A stretch of 63,839 bases of DNA, filler included, from Choristocarpus tenellus KU-1152 (Eukaryota; Protista; Phaeophyceae), in the NCBI GenBank assembly GCA_964200185.2. It is 13 parts of 13 records of this genome, joined end to end, with 100 filler letters (N's around TTAATTAATTAA, not from the genome) between each part and the next. Parts side by side here need not be neighbours in the genome. Positions count along the whole stretch, not along the records: positions 33,459 to 41,112 come from CAXNAD020005807.1; positions 41,213 to 44,886 come from CAXNAD020018585.1; positions 44,987 to 49,246 come from CAXNAD020015431.1; positions 49,347 to 57,079 come from CAXNAD020005666.1; 9 more parts are not named here. The stretch is one strand, 5' to 3'. Below, piece after piece: positions 38,200 to 50,940 of the stretch. The notes under the pieces were generated by a model, which was not told the DNA's origin, ran no database searches, and saw only the letters and a list, made by a program, of their open reading frames with translations. Every line of letters begins with the position of its first letter. Within the stretch, counting starts at the first letter, position 1. The position numbers were made by a program, and so were the translations under genes.

Positions 38200-39420
38200 G
38201 GATTTATCATGGATGTTTCGTTAGGTCACAGGTTGTGATAGATGAGATGTCAAGAACATGGGAGTGATTGGGATGGGAAAATATTCTAGTGTTCTTCGTT
38301 GGTAACGGTAGTGCTGGCTGCGGCAACGTTAATGGACAAGGACAGTGAATAAAGGAGACGGAACGAGTCAGGAGGGTTGGGGGTTTGCTAGAGAAAAGCA
38401 GGAGACCGCATTATGGATTCAAGGGGCTTAAGAAGTTTGGGGGAAGGGAGGAAGGGGAAGGAATGATCGCCGCATTCTACACCTGCAAGGGACAGTAGAT
38501 GACAAAAAAGATTATATGGAGATGTGTAAGAGAATTGGTATACATACTCTGGACGAACTGACAGGCTTGGATCAACAGACGGACAGAAAGGTGAATGAAA
38601 TCCTGATAGGGGAGGGGGAATTGATCAGCCCAGCTACAGAGCAGAGCATGACGACAATTGTCTTTTGGGGAGAGGTGGTGAGAGAGACAGGGTCAGGGTA
38701 CACAGGGCATGGAAGATTAACCGTAGGATGAGGGGATAGGTACTACGGGGCAAAGCGGGGAAGGGAGGTGAAGTGTGGAGATAGGAGCAATGTCAAGAAG
38801 ACTATAGAGCACACAGTAGCCACAGTCAGGAGGAAGTGGACACGTGATACGGACAGGGGGGAGGGATGTACCCAGGCCAGCAGGTAAGGGGGGAAGGGGA
38901 TGAAATGACAAATCAAGGGCGTGTCAGAACTAAACGTTAGGAAACGAAAAATATGTGGAGAAGTAAGTGATACAGTTGATCACAGGGATGGGAAAAAAAA
39001 CTTCTAGGTGGATAATGGTGTTCTTCTTGAAAGGAGATAGACCGGCAGAATAAGGACATCACTAGTTTTGGCGAAAGGGGATAACCTGTCAGCAGTAGAA
39101 CAAATAGATAACTATTGTAGCAGACGGGATAAGAAAGAGCAAGTAGCATCAAAATGAGATTCTAGGAGCTCTAGAAGCGGTAGAAGGGCTTTGGTGTGAA
39201 ACAATCTAAGCACGTTAAAAGGGATTAACAATGTGATTGTAGATGGTATGTCCAGGTGGAACAGAAATAAAATAACAGAGAAACAAAATATTTTAAAGCC
39301 CAACTGTGGTGCCCTGGGAGGAGGTCCACCAAAGACGGAGGGAGAAGAAGGTATTTCGAATTATGTTTTATAATATTCGCGAGTCCTGACCAGAGCAGAT
39401 ATGGGCAGTAGCACTCTTGA
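38200..39420 (+). pseudogene. Decayed tyrosine-recombinase (DIRS/Ngaro-type) retrotransposon RT/RNase H relic
   Basis: Frameshifted ILGALEAVEG...SKHVKGINNVIVDGMSRWNR at ~39150-39270 matches the RNase H C-terminal H-x-x-G-x-x-N-x-x-A-D-x-x-S-R motif. Boundaries are approximate. Confidence 0.5.
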
Positions 39421-39441
39421 GCTCAGGAAGTAATACTAAAA

Positions 39442-39696
39442 GAGTCAAAGTATCTTAGAGGGTAGAGCTGCGTCCATTTGGGGGCCAAAATCCAATGTTA
39501 CAATTTCGATGCAATTTTGACCATCATGTTTGTTAAGAGATGTCAATATCCTTGTTCTGGACACTTTCATAAAATATACATTTTACCTACCCCGAAAAAT
39601 TTTGGAGAAGGTAATATGTCGTCAAAAACCCGTGGGAAGCCAAGCCCCAAATGGACAAACAGGGCAAAAATCGTACCCTCTAAGATACTTTCACTC
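39442..39696 (+). mobile_element. MITE family A, full copy
   Basis: TIRs GAGTCAAAGTATCTTAGAGGGTA / TACCCTCTAAGATACTTTCACTC; TSD AAAA. Confidence 0.92.
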
Positions 39697-39929
39697 AAAA
39701 TAGGGGAGGGGTCCAGGAAAGAAGGAACAAAGGAGGTTGTGCAAAGGAGGAGGCCAATGTAGCAGTCAGGGGAACTGTTGGCATTTGAGACTCGGTGGTT
39801 ACAGAGGCACATACTAATTGTGGATGTGGGACAGGGGTCTAAAGTATGGGAAATAATAAGGGGAATGGTGTGGTGATATTTCAGTCGATGAGGGGCTATG
39901 TGACATAGCAACTTCAATGCGATCAACAT

Positions 39930-40160
39930 TCTCCATTGATTTCCAGTCACCAAGCATACCCGATGACCAACCAGTGCGACCAATCTTTGCTACTGATTGT
40001 CACTTGTCACCCACCATGTCTAATGATCAACCAGTACGACCACCCTTCGCCACTGATTTCCAGTCACCACCCATATCCAAAGACCAGCCAGAGTGACCAA
40101 CTTGACACCAGTTTCCACTCACCAGCCAATGTGGCCAATTTCCGCGAATTCATCAACCTT
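39930..40160 (+). repeat. Dispersed repeat containing ~60-bp tandem subunits; second copy in reverse at ~56770-56910
   Basis: TGATTTCCAGTCACC...GATGACCAACCAGTGCGACCAATCTTTGCTA units recur about three times and match the reverse complement of 56800-56905. Confidence 0.7.
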
Positions 40161-40439
40161 CCTCCTCACCACTTCCCCCTCTTTTTCTATTTTATTTTTA
40201 TGCCCTCTGACATTTTACAGATTTGTCAGGGGGAAAACCAATGAAATGCCAATTCAATATCAGAACAACCCTTGTAAAAGTAACAGTTGTCGTAAATGCG
40301 AAAGATATTCTTCTATTTACTATTTTACTACCAGCTATGTTACACCACTCCCCTCCTATGCCTCCAACCTAGCTTAGCCCTTCACCACAGGGCAAGGAAC
40401 TAGGGAAGCATCCAAAGAATCTGACAGGCCGCTCCTTTC

Positions 40440-41042
40440 CCATCTCCCTGGTGTCTCCAGCTTAAGCGCATGACACGTCTTGATAGAACCACCTGTGTTG
40501 AGATGGACACTATCATAAACGGGAGTTGGCCGCTCCTTTTCCTGCTGTAGCCTCCTGCCCCTCTACCCCCTACCGCGTGTGAGAGTGAAAGTATCTTAGA
40601 GGATATGAGTTTTGCCCTGTTTGTCCATTTGGGGCTTGACTTCCCATGGGTTTGTTTATGACATTTTCCTACTCCAAAATGTTTCGGGGTAGGTAAAATG
40701 TATACGTTATGAAAGGCGTGTCGGAAACATAGATATTGACACTTCCTAACAAACATGATAACCAAATTTCATCAAAATCGAAACATTGGGTTTTGACCCC
40801 CAAATGGACGCGGCTCTACCCTCTAAGAAACTTTGGCTCGTGTGACCAACTCATCCAGAAAACTTTCTGCTTGCTTGCTGAGGCGCCCAAAACTTTCCAA
40901 TGTGGAGGTGTTGAGGTTAAAACTACGAGAGTCAAAAGAACTCTTGTAGTGGGTGCGCTTTCGTGCCTCAGCTGCAGCAACAGCCACACCATTGCTGGTG
41001 GATGAGTGTGGAAGATGGGAGGCTGCTTGCACTTTTGCAAAT
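40440..41042 (-). pseudogene. Non-LTR retrotransposon 3' fragment with restriction-like endonuclease region (CRE-like), interrupted by a MITE
   Basis: AAAEARKRTHY...LESFGRLSKQAESFLDELVT[MITE]HAVGG...IVSISTQVVLSRRV; E-x-x-K-x-x-x-Y and E-S-F-G-R-L are typical RLE C-terminal motifs. Confidence 0.65.
40583..40839 (-). mobile_element. MITE family A, full copy inserted in the LINE fragment
   Basis: Same TIRs; flanks GTGA / GTGT (4-bp TSD with one substitution). Confidence 0.92.
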
Positions 41043-42699
41043 GGGTCAAAGTATCTGGGGGGGGGGGAGGTGGTTTGTGAAGGGGCGTCCGTTTTGGTCA
41101 AACAACTCTTTTNNNNNNNNNNNNNNNNNNNNNNNNNNNNNNNNNNNNNNNNNNNNTTAATTAATTAANNNNNNNNNNNNNNNNNNNNNNNNNNNNNNNN
41201 NNNNNNNNNNNNTTGGCTGCAATACACACTCCTGATACCTGAACACACTAAAAAAAAAAAAGTCCAGAGCTGCCGTACTGCTTGAAATAGGAACGGAAAA
41301 CGTTTGCCCACAGACACTCAGGCGGGTCGACTATTCGCCTCCTGAAGGGTCTCTCCCTCTCTCTATTCATATGTGCATGTATGTGTGAATGAATATGTCT
41401 ATCATTTGTGTCTAAGTAGCAAGTGCTACCCTTGTAGCCGATTAGGTCTTTGTGGAGGGAGGTCGGCAAGAATCGATTGAACCAACCTTCTAAAATAGGA
41501 ACTTATATAGCCCAGCAGGCCGCTGACAATTCCAGAAAACTCTGTAATTCCGCCGAGTATGAAAGCGGAGGCTGGCAGAGTGGTATGATGCACAGCATCA
41601 TACCACCCCGAACGGTAAAACGAACTCCGCGTATACCGTTGCAAGAGTTTAAGACTTGGTCGTACTGTACTGTGGACTAGGCCGAAACATCGCACTTGTG
41701 GTGTTGGGTTGAACAAATTGAGAGTTTTTCAAGAAGGCTTTCATCGGTGTTTGTTTGGTTGGTTCTTGGTGTTGCATGTACACTTGTATTTTTGTTTTGT
41801 TTTGTTTTTTTTTCAGGGATTTCAGTTGTTGGTTGTTGGTTGTTTGATTGATTGATTCATCCCTTGTGCCATGTAGGATCTCATGCTAGTGCAAGTTGAC
41901 AGGATCGCTCGTTCCGTTCTGTCCGTTCATCAGAGCTAGCGTCTGTAGAGTCGAGTTTTGATCCGATTGGCTTCGATCTGTTCAGTCTGTTCATGAGGAA
42001 GAAACTGATCCGAAAAATGTAAAATATATATATATATATATTGGATATCGTGTCTTTTTTTTAAATTGTATCTTGATTGAGCAAACAGACATTGCAACAA
42101 CAAAAACAAAATGTTGGATTTCTCTTTGTTGTTTTGTATGTCGCTGGTGTCGGTAGTTGGTTAGTCTGGAGAGTATAATTTGAATCAGCTAGAAAAAATT
42201 TCAATATGATTGAAATGTCCACGCAGTGTAAGAAGAGGCACAAAGCGCGCACATTCACAAGAAAATAACCAACTGTATAGATCTCCTTGGTCTTCCGTAT
42301 CGGTTATCTTTGATTTTTTTTTTAAATGGCAGCAATTCATTGGCTACTTTTCACGTCACCACTTATCGTCCCGAGGTACTGCTGTTTTCTCCCTCTCTTT
42401 TTTTGGAGTTACAATGTTATTTATTATTATTGTAATATTTTACTTTGTACGCAACTCTGTTTTTTCCAACGAATTCCATCAATTCGATTTCGCTGTCGTG
42501 AAGTGGATACTCCGATTGTTCCGTTATTGATCATGTTCAAATGTCATTGGTGGTTTGGGGAGGGCAGGCAGGGGGGCGGGTGCGAAGGGAAGGGAAGGGA
42601 AGGGAGGCGTGAACCAAGACCTTAATTTTGAAATCCCCGATCAAGGTCCTTCTGTCCATGCACTAGGCATATACATGGTCCTGGTCAAAAGGTGCCCCG

Positions 42700-43370
42700 A
42701 TATTACCGAATGAAGGTTTACATAACTTCCAAGAAGAAAGGCTGTCATTGCAGAACTTCAGGGTAGGAACAAGGATTTGTTGATGGGGGATGGCATCAAC
42801 CGAGTTGCCAAGGTGATGGAGACCAATACACAGACAATCGCAGACCTTTGGATGAGCTACAAGGCCCCACCCAGAGGACAGTGTTGCGGGTCCCCCATGT
42901 AGGTACGGCGTGGAAGGGGATTTCTCGCTGCAATGGCATCAACATCGACAAACATGCAAGAGGTCAGCGCAATACTACCCATGATGTACTACCCGACCCA
43001 ATGTGCAGTGGTAGTCCTACCGGGTGTCCCACTGGTCACTCTGTTTGATAGCGTGAACAACGCAATGTGTTAACGTTAAGGAGTTTTGGGTGCAGGGAGT
43101 GCATGGCCAAGAGAGGTTCCTCATTGATGAGTGCAAGGCACGAAGGTGGAGGTTGCCAATGCGCTGTGTATCCGAAGGACCTGGAGACCAGAAGTGCTTC
43201 CAATGCTTTGAAGACATTCTCCATGTGGAGGAGAAGCGAATCTCATTTGCAAGGAAAGGTCAAAGTTATCACCTCTGTGATGAGGAGGTGCCCCCTGTTT
43301 GCAGGGGTCAGATCACTGCCATCCCCGATTAAATAGTATTATTATTACTAATTTTTTCGAGAGTCCCAAC
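42700..43370 (+). pseudogene. Decayed Tc1/mariner transposase (plant/oomycete mariner-like)
   Basis: An N-terminal HTH-like KAVIAELQGR...GINRVAKVMETNTQTIADLW, then FQCFEDILHVEEKRISFARKGQSYHLCDEEVPP, which matches the H-[IV]-D-E-K-W-F...Y-Y-L..DE..P block around the first catalytic Asp. Stops and frameshifts are present. Confidence 0.7.
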
Positions 43371-43596
43371 ATTAACGATATAGCAGCAGCGAACAGAGGG
43401 AGTGCTACGACTTTTTATGGAGACGTTTGCTGGCAGACGTGACGAAGATCTTGCAGTGGATGAGGGAGTATTAGCAATATGTGGATAATGTGCTTGGAGG
43501 AGTACTGTTGTCATTTTCATGTTTAGTGATATTTTAATGTGGTTGCAGAAAACAAAACAAGCTGGACAATGCATTTTTTTAACAATAGTATGGATG

Positions 43597-43858
43597 GAGT
43601 GAAAGTATCTTAGAGGGTAAGAATTTTGCCCTGTTTGTCCATTTGGGGCTTTGTTTCCCATGGGTTTTTTAATGGCATTTTCTTACTCCAAAATGTTAAA
43701 AGTACATGAAATGTATGTGTTATGAAAAGGTGTGTCCGAAACATGGACAATGGAACTTCCTAACAAATACGATAGATAGCTAAAATTACATCAAAATCGC
43801 AACATCGGATTTTGGCCACCAAAAGTACTCGGCTCTACCGTCTAAGATACTTTGACTC
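43597..43858 (-). mobile_element. MITE family A, full copy
   Basis: Same TIRs and interior; the flanks share only ATG. Confidence 0.9.
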
Positions 43859-44101
43859 ATGCACATTTATTTGGTTCAGACATCTCATCTTCTTCACCCT
43901 TTTATATTGTACTAACATTTACCTTTTTAATTTCATTGCACGGTGGACAAGAAAGCTGTATGATCTTTGTATCATGAAATATGATGAGATACAACAACCA
44001 TACATTGTTTTACGCTTTGCTTCTTGCATAGGTTTCCCCTGCCCTTCTCTTTGACCATTTTTTCCAACCTTGCTCTCTCCTCCTCTCCCTCCCACATTCA
44101 G

Positions 44102-44197
44102 CACAACAAGTGCTTTGGGTCATGTGTTGACAAGCACCTGAAGCTACTGCCGGGAATAGAAGCCCGAATCAAGTCTGCAAGTGCGGCGTCGAGATGA
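44102..44197 (+). CDS. Terminal exon of a FAM136A/DUF842-like protein
   Basis: Strong polypyrimidine tract and CAG, then HNKCFGSCVDKHLKLLPGIEARIKSASAASR*, matching the C-x3-C-V-D-x-H-x-x-L-[LI]-P C-terminus of FAM136A. No upstream exons were seen in this contig. Confidence 0.65.
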   Translation, partial: HNKCFGSCVDKHLKLLPGIEARIKSASAASR

Positions 44198-45482
44198 GAT
44201 AGACGGAGATTTCGGGCTCCACCCTTAGTTACACCCCAACTATGGTTCTTATTAAGGCAGTGAACAGCAACAAACGTGTTGTGTTGAATCAATGGTTCAT
44301 CACCAAGCACACAGTACACAATACTTCATCAATATGTTTTACACACCAGGAGATTTTTCGTTTGTTAATTTTGATCAACTCAAAGTGTACAAAGAACGCA
44401 AAGTTTCATCACTAGATCTGTTCTTGTATATGGTACTTTCTTTTTTTTCCCATGAAGCCAGTCTAAAAACCATCTCCCTGTTGTACCAGATTTTACAGGA
44501 GTTCTAGCATTCCACATGCTTTATATTCCTCAGGCATCCTCCCAAAGGTACTGCAGTAGTGGAAGATATGGAGTACCTAGTCTACAGATCCCATGTTTAT
44601 TTCAGGTGCGTACTGCTTGTTTTGAGTTGAACGTGCCAAAACTTAAATGTACTCATCATGTGGGCGGTTCTACAACAACTGCACCATTTAACCGTGACAG
44701 TTTATCACCGTTCAGAATTTTTTAGTGAGTAGGCATACTAATCAGTCTTGGACGCTAATTTACTAGGTACTCCATGAAGTACTTCTCATCTTTAGTGGGT
44801 TTGACCGATCGTCACGTTTGCTAAATTATCTCAATAAGACATGGTTTTATAATGACGAGACCCAAAGCATCTGGGGGTGGGGGGGGNNNNNNNNNNNNNN
44901 NNNNNNNNNNNNNNNNNNNNNNNNNNNNNNTTAATTAATTAANNNNNNNNNNNNNNNNNNNNNNNNNNNNNNNNNNNNNNNNNNNNGGGGGGGTGGGGAG
45001 GGGGGGGAGGGGGGTGGGGGGGGGGGGGGGGGGGGGGGGGGGCAGAAAGTCTGAAGAAGCGGAGAGAGGCGTTGGAGGATGGGTGTAAGAGGAAGACAAA
45101 AAAAGAGCTGTGTGATGTGATTCGGTCGAAGCTTGGTGAGTACTTTTCGTTTATTTTATTTTTTGTGAATCAGATGTTGGGAAGATTCGTTGTAGATTCG
45201 TTGTATTCAGAAAGACCGCGGTATGTTTTTTTATATATATAATTTTTTTTTAAATTTTTGTGAGATTCGTTTTTTTTTTTTTGAAGTCGTCGGTGGATTT
45301 TTTTTTGTGGAACGGTGTAAGTTGTTGCATGAGTTTTTTTGAGGTTTGAGAGATTCACTGTAGATTAGCTGTAGATTCACTGTAGATTCGCTGTAGATTC
45401 GATCTTGAACGATCCTACTGCGTGTGATGTTCTAGCAGTTGACGTAAGATGACCTTCTTACTACAAGGTTACGGTTCTTCTC

Positions 45483-45612
45483 GTATTGTGATATAGCCAG
45501 TGTGAAGGTGTACTGTGATATAGCCAGTGTGAAGGTGTATTGTGATGTAGCCAGTGTGAAGGTGTATTGTGATATAGCCAGTGTGAAGGTGTATCAGGAT
45601 ATAGCCAGTGTG
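45483..45612. repeat. 27-bp minisatellite, ~4.8 units (GTATTGTGATATAGCCAGTGTGAAGGT)
   Basis: Contiguous units with no spacers. Confidence 0.93.
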
Positions 45613-45919
45613 AGAAAAGAGGACATTCTCTTTATGATGGTGTAAGACCATACAACATATAGCACGACATTTATTGGACATATATTGTACCACCCATCAC
45701 ATGTCAAAGCTAGGCGGTGCTATACTCCAATATTTGACATTTGATAGCCTCGAATCTCTAGCCCTAATCCTTACCCTAACTCTTGTCTCAACCCTAACCC
45801 TAACCCTAACCCTTGAACTTAAATCTTAACCTTCACTTGTGCTGGTTTCAGAACACTAATTGATAGCCCTAACCTTATTGAATGGGAGACTATCACCTGT
45901 GTATTGCATGATACGGGGA

Positions 45920-46032
45920 CTGAGTGTGATCATTGTGATCATTGTGATCATTGCCTTTGCTGAACCTGAGTGTGATCATTGCCTTTGTTGAACCTGAGTG
46001 TGATCATTGCCTTTGTTGAACCTAAGTGTGAT
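45920..46032. repeat. 28-bp minisatellite, ~3 units (CCTGAGTGTGATCATTGCCTTTGTTGAA)
   Basis: Read directly. Confidence 0.9.
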
Positions 46033-46404
46033 ATCAGTCATCAATCATCGTCAAATAACATATGTGCAGGGAGGTACACATTTTATGCAGCACAGTATCT
46101 GTTAACGCTATGGTTTTGAAAACAAATTGGAGAAGTTTCTTTTAAAGAAGATAAAAATATGTAAGTGTCCTTTATTCTGTGTGATTGTACAGAGTTGAAA
46201 AAAAAAATTAAAAAAAAAAAATTTAAATCAACTGTTTTTATAGCAAACTTGGGAAATAATATATATTTTAAAACTCATTTTTTTCTTTGTAGGAAATTAG
46301 TTGAATTTGTTAAATTTGCTTCCCCGAAGAAAAACTTTCCAAAACAGAGTTTAGAAACAAATACATTAGGTAATTGGACGTTCATGTATACTTTGAGAAA
46401 TAAT

Positions 46405-46628
46405 TTTTATTATTATTACTATTATTATTATTGTTGTTATTACTATTTTTAGTGTTATTATTACTATTGTTATTATTGTTATTACTATTTTTATTGTTAT
46501 TGTTATTGCTACAATTATTATTATTGTTATTATGGTTGTTATTACTATTTTTATTGTTATTGTTACAATTATTATTATTGTTTTTATGGTTGTTATTACT
46601 ATTAGTATCATTACTATTGTTATTATTT
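46405..46628. repeat. Degenerate (TAT/TGT)n microsatellite. Also (TATGTG)n at 46960-47033, (AAT)n at 48103-48222, poly-G at 49155-49240
   Basis: Read directly; explains the poly-N/I/L ORFs. Confidence 0.93.
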
Positions 46629-46975
46629 CTACTGCCAAGTTGAATCATTTTACTCCTTCGGTTGAGGAAGTGGTGCCTTGCTGTGCTGTGTCTAACTCAT
46701 TTATCTTTTTTTTTTTAAATTATAATATTATATTTATGTATATATATATATATTTTTTTTTTGTTTGGAAGGACTTCGCCTGCTGTATGGGTCTAGTGAA
46801 AAGCGACCAGAATTTTGGCCCAGTTCTGTGAGGTGGGAGAAGGGGCGATCCATTTCAAACATGAACCACAAGGAACTGTGTGACATCTTCATGGCCATGT
46901 GAGTTAGTAACACCAATGATTGCAACAAGAGCATTGATGATTATACTAGAGGATAAATGTGTATGCGTATGCGTA

Positions 46976-47030
<55 letters not shown>

Positions 47031-47611
47031 GTATAGTAGTTGGTTACATAGGGTAGGAGTTTCTTTTTTGAAAGGGATAGGTGGAGTTTTTAAGAATGAT
47101 TTCTTAAGAACTATTTTTTAAGAATGATTTTTTTTAAGAATGCAGTAATTAGTCGACGACTTTCATGGTGCTGGTAAAGGATAAATATGTATGGGTATAT
47201 GCAGTTGGTTACATAGGTAGGAGTTTCTATTTTTGAAAAGGATAGGTGGATTTTTTAAGAACTATTTTTTAAGAATGTATTTTTTGCAACTTACACAAAT
47301 TTTATGACAGACTCTTTTTTTCTTGCAGAGAAGTTGTGATGCGATAGTGAGTACTTAGCTTAAACATAATAGTTTGCCGACTATCATGAATACCAGTAAG
47401 CGTCAATTGATAACGCACTGAATGTAGTATGTGATAGGCTAGATAGAACAGATATAAATATATGACCACTGATTCTATCAGTTTTTTGATGATGACTTTT
47501 TAAGAATGCAAGGTGTCTGTTATTCTACGCACTAAATCACTGCAATACTAATGATGGTAAAGATGTATGTATAATTAGATGCTCTACACGGTGTAGGAAT
47601 ATTTTTTTTAG

Positions 47612-47830
47612 TTTTAGGGTTAGGGTTGGGGTATATGGCTACAGTTTTAGGGTTAGGGTTCCTGTATGTCTTCACCACGTGTGTATATGACCAACCCTAA
47701 CCCTAACCCTAACCCTAACCCTAACCCTATTGATTGAGCAAGCGGTGTTGATGTATCAAAACCCTGTTGATAACTAAATCTGTTGATAACTAAATCTGTT
47801 GATAACTAAATAACCCTAACCCTAACCCTT
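47612..47830. repeat. Interstitial telomere-like TTAGGG / CCCTAA tracts (also 45770-45812 and 3155-3172)
   Basis: (CCCTAA)~6 at 47695-47729, short TTAGGG runs at 47614-47660, and a 16-bp x3 repeat at 47764-47812. Confidence 0.8.
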
Positions 47831-49174
47831 TATTGGGCTCTACGTTTGAGTTTGTTTTGGTGATAGGGTTAGGATTATTCCTGAAGACATTTTTTTTTTC
47901 AAATGTACCGATTTTTGATGTTCAAGGACCATTCCTATCCCGTTGGTATGAAGTATCGTAAATATCGTAAATATCGGAAGTGTTGGAATTTTTGTTGTGT
48001 TACTGTGTTATTGGTTATTGTTGGAAGGTACATTGCTATCATTCTACGTTTTATATTTTGCACCTTTAGATCTCGGATAGGTCTGAGACTCCCCGCAAAC
48101 AAATATAATAATAATATTAATAATAATGATAATAGTAATAATGATGATAATAGTAATAATGATGATAATGATAATAGTAATAATAATAATAATAATATTA
48201 GTAATAATAATAATAATGATAGTAACGGTATCAATTGGCCTCGCTGGGGATGGCCAAGTCTGCTTGTGGAATGGAGGGTGAGGTGCAACCAATGTGTGCA
48301 GAGTACTTGTCATGCAGATGTTGGTCACACCAGGTAGAAGACAGATGGCGTGGAAGGCGTTAGGGGAAGGCCTGTGTGTGCACGGTTGGCATGAACAAAC
48401 GCACGAAAAAAGAGCCGGCGTAGTACCCTGTAATGTGAACGCACGAGGGATGCGATGGCAAGGAGATGACATGTGATGCGGAGGAGAGTTGTGTGTGTGT
48501 GTGTGTACAGAAATGAGTTATAGAGCCAGTTAGAGCCAGTTAGAGATGGTTAGAGACGGTTAGATCTGTGACCCGACCCGTGAGGTGTAGTCGGTTTGGA
48601 GTTGTCAATTGTATTTTTTTATTTTCGTGAGGATGAGAGAGCCGGTGTGGTATTGGTAAGGTACAGACAGACAAACCGAAGTGTAAAATTGGATGGAATA
48701 AAGACAGATGGGAATAACGCCTCATATCTTGTGCAGTGGTGTGGTATTGGGTTGTGTCGGGAAGTCTTGTGTGGCTCGGTGGAATAGACTTTGTGGAATA
48801 GAGGCATCCCATCCTTTGACCACTCTTTCCCCTCCCTGTACCCCACACCCCTCTCTTTGATGATCAGGGTTGATGCGGGGATCACCCCTGGGCAGGGACA
48901 GTGTCCCACGTACCACATATCGCCTGAGTTGTCCCACAGTTCATCCTCCAACATCCAGCAAACAGCAACGCCTTGTATATCTAAGAAGACTGAAGGGTCT
49001 CTGTCGTGGTTGCCGTTGGGAGGAACGGGAGGTGTTACTGTTGTCAATGGTTCTTTGCTGGATGGGGTTAGGGCCAATGAAAAAGGGTTAGGGAGGGAGG
49101 GGTCTCTTGTCAGCAACAACAACACGCAGTTGACAGTGCCCTGGAATGCCGCTGGGGGGGGGGGGGGGGGGGGG

Positions 49175-49213
<39 letters not shown>

Positions 49214-49346
49214 GGGGGGGGGGGGGGGGGGGGGGGGGGGTAAGAANNNNNNNNNNNNNNNNNNNNNNNNNNNNNNNNNNNNNNNNNNNNTTAATTAATT
49301 AANNNNNNNNNNNNNNNNNNNNNNNNNNNNNNNNNNNNNNNNNNNN

Positions 49347-49583
49347 CTAAATTTTTCCTAAACTTTTTTTTATCCAATATCATTGTTGTGGTCACCAATT
49401 GGTCCCAAAATATGGGGGGGGGGGGGGGAGGCTACACCAGGGTGTCCATTTGGGGCAAAATCAGAAAAAGTGATTTTAGAGTAGTAACCATCCGACGTAT
49501 GCAACCAAATGACCCAAAAATTGCGACATGAAATAATTGACCCCAAATGGACAGCTGCCACCCCCTCCTAGATACTTTGAGCC
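49347..49583 (-). mobile_element. MITE family B, reverse orientation, truncated at contig start
   Basis: Ends CCCCAAATGGACAGCTGCCACCCCCTCCTAGATACTTTGAGCC; aligns with 33184-33358. Confidence 0.82.
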
Positions 49584-50940
49584 ATATTTGGTCAGATACT
49601 TCAACAATCACATCGATTCTCCAAGAGATTTCAATTTATCCAGTGAGTTAGTTCACCACCGTAATTTTTTTGCATCCACGACTCGTGCAGTAGAAGACTG
49701 TATTGTCATCTGATTTGTGAAATTGATTACTCTAATGGTACCATCTTTTACATCGGTGTAAATAGGTCCAAGTCCGCTGCACCTTTCACAGACTAAGTTA
49801 AGACATGAATCTTCTATCGCTCACATTAGTATGGTTAGAGGTTGTGTCACGTTTGCAGTTGGTAGCATTAGAATTGCTAGATTTTTGTAGTTGATGTCCA
49901 GCAATCCCTTGTGTCAACGTTGGATCTTTCTAGTCCCTCTCTTCTCGATAATATTAGGGTACGAGCCTTTTTAGTCGTATTGATATGAGGAAAATGCTTT
50001 TCCTGTCCGTTCTTTACTTTTTCCGGGTATCAGAGGTAATGTGAACCGGTGTTGGTATATTAATAAAGTTATTGATATCAATACTGTGCGTTGTTTCAGC
50101 TGAGTATCAACATCTGTTGGTGTACTACTGTCCGGAAATAATTGACAGCACATACTAGTGAATTCAGTGAAACCGTTACTATTTGCCTCATGTTGCATAT
50201 CGCCATCTGTTAGAATTAATATCAAGCACTACTATCCGCGGGTTCTCAGTTTCTTGTGGAACTGTAGTATCTCTCATGCCTAACATTTTATTTTGTAGTA
50301 CCTCTCAGGTCTAACACATTTATTTAATTTCAACGTTACTCAGCATGATCTTCATATTGTTGGGATTATTTTGTCCAGGATCAATCAGAGGGAATATAAT
50401 ATTATGCCTTGTTCTTGTCAAGAATGAAACACTTCTATGATCCTAGTGAAAGAACTATAATGTAAAATAGGTGAACACAATCTAACCTTTCTTCAACACA
50501 CATCTATGAAATTGTGTATTTTTTCTTTTCTTTATATGATTTATGTTTTTTCTTAGATGACAATCTCTGCAACATGCCAGTTGGCATAATGATATACTTA
50601 GCAATATTAAGTACAATAACAGTAGAGCGTTAAAATTAACTGCAGGACTACAACAAGATTTACTACCGCCGTTTGTGCCTTGCTTCGACTTGTTGGGTTC
50701 AGGTCTCAGGTATCATCAACGCTTGCTGCTCCCAACTCCTCCCTCAAACCCTGTACACTATACCCTCCCTGGTGTCACTGCATAATGAATGATAAAGCCT
50801 TGCCAGCTCGTTTGGGAGTCTAGTTTTGATGGGGTTCCACCTGCAAAACTAGTAAAAAAAAACAATATCCACTAACAATCACTGAAGTACGAGGACACCC
50901 ATCATCATGCATGTACAATGTATCATCAACTCCACCTAAA

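Noticed and set aside
41426-41716. Overlapping ORFs on both strands and an 11-bp hairpin at 41581-41605
   Set aside because: No recognisable family, strand undecidable, and probably within the intron upstream of the FAM136A-like exon.
45483-46032. 27- and 28-bp direct repeats of CRISPR-like length
   Set aside because: The units are contiguous with no unique spacers, there are no cas genes, and the context is eukaryotic. They are minisatellites.
47612-47730. TTAGGG followed by CCCTAA as a chromosome-fusion scar
   Set aside because: The tracts are very short and separated by unique sequence, and similar short tracts occur elsewhere in the window.
46366-48472. Poly-Asn/Ile/Leu ORFs
   Set aside because: Translations of (TAT)n/(AAT)n microsatellites.
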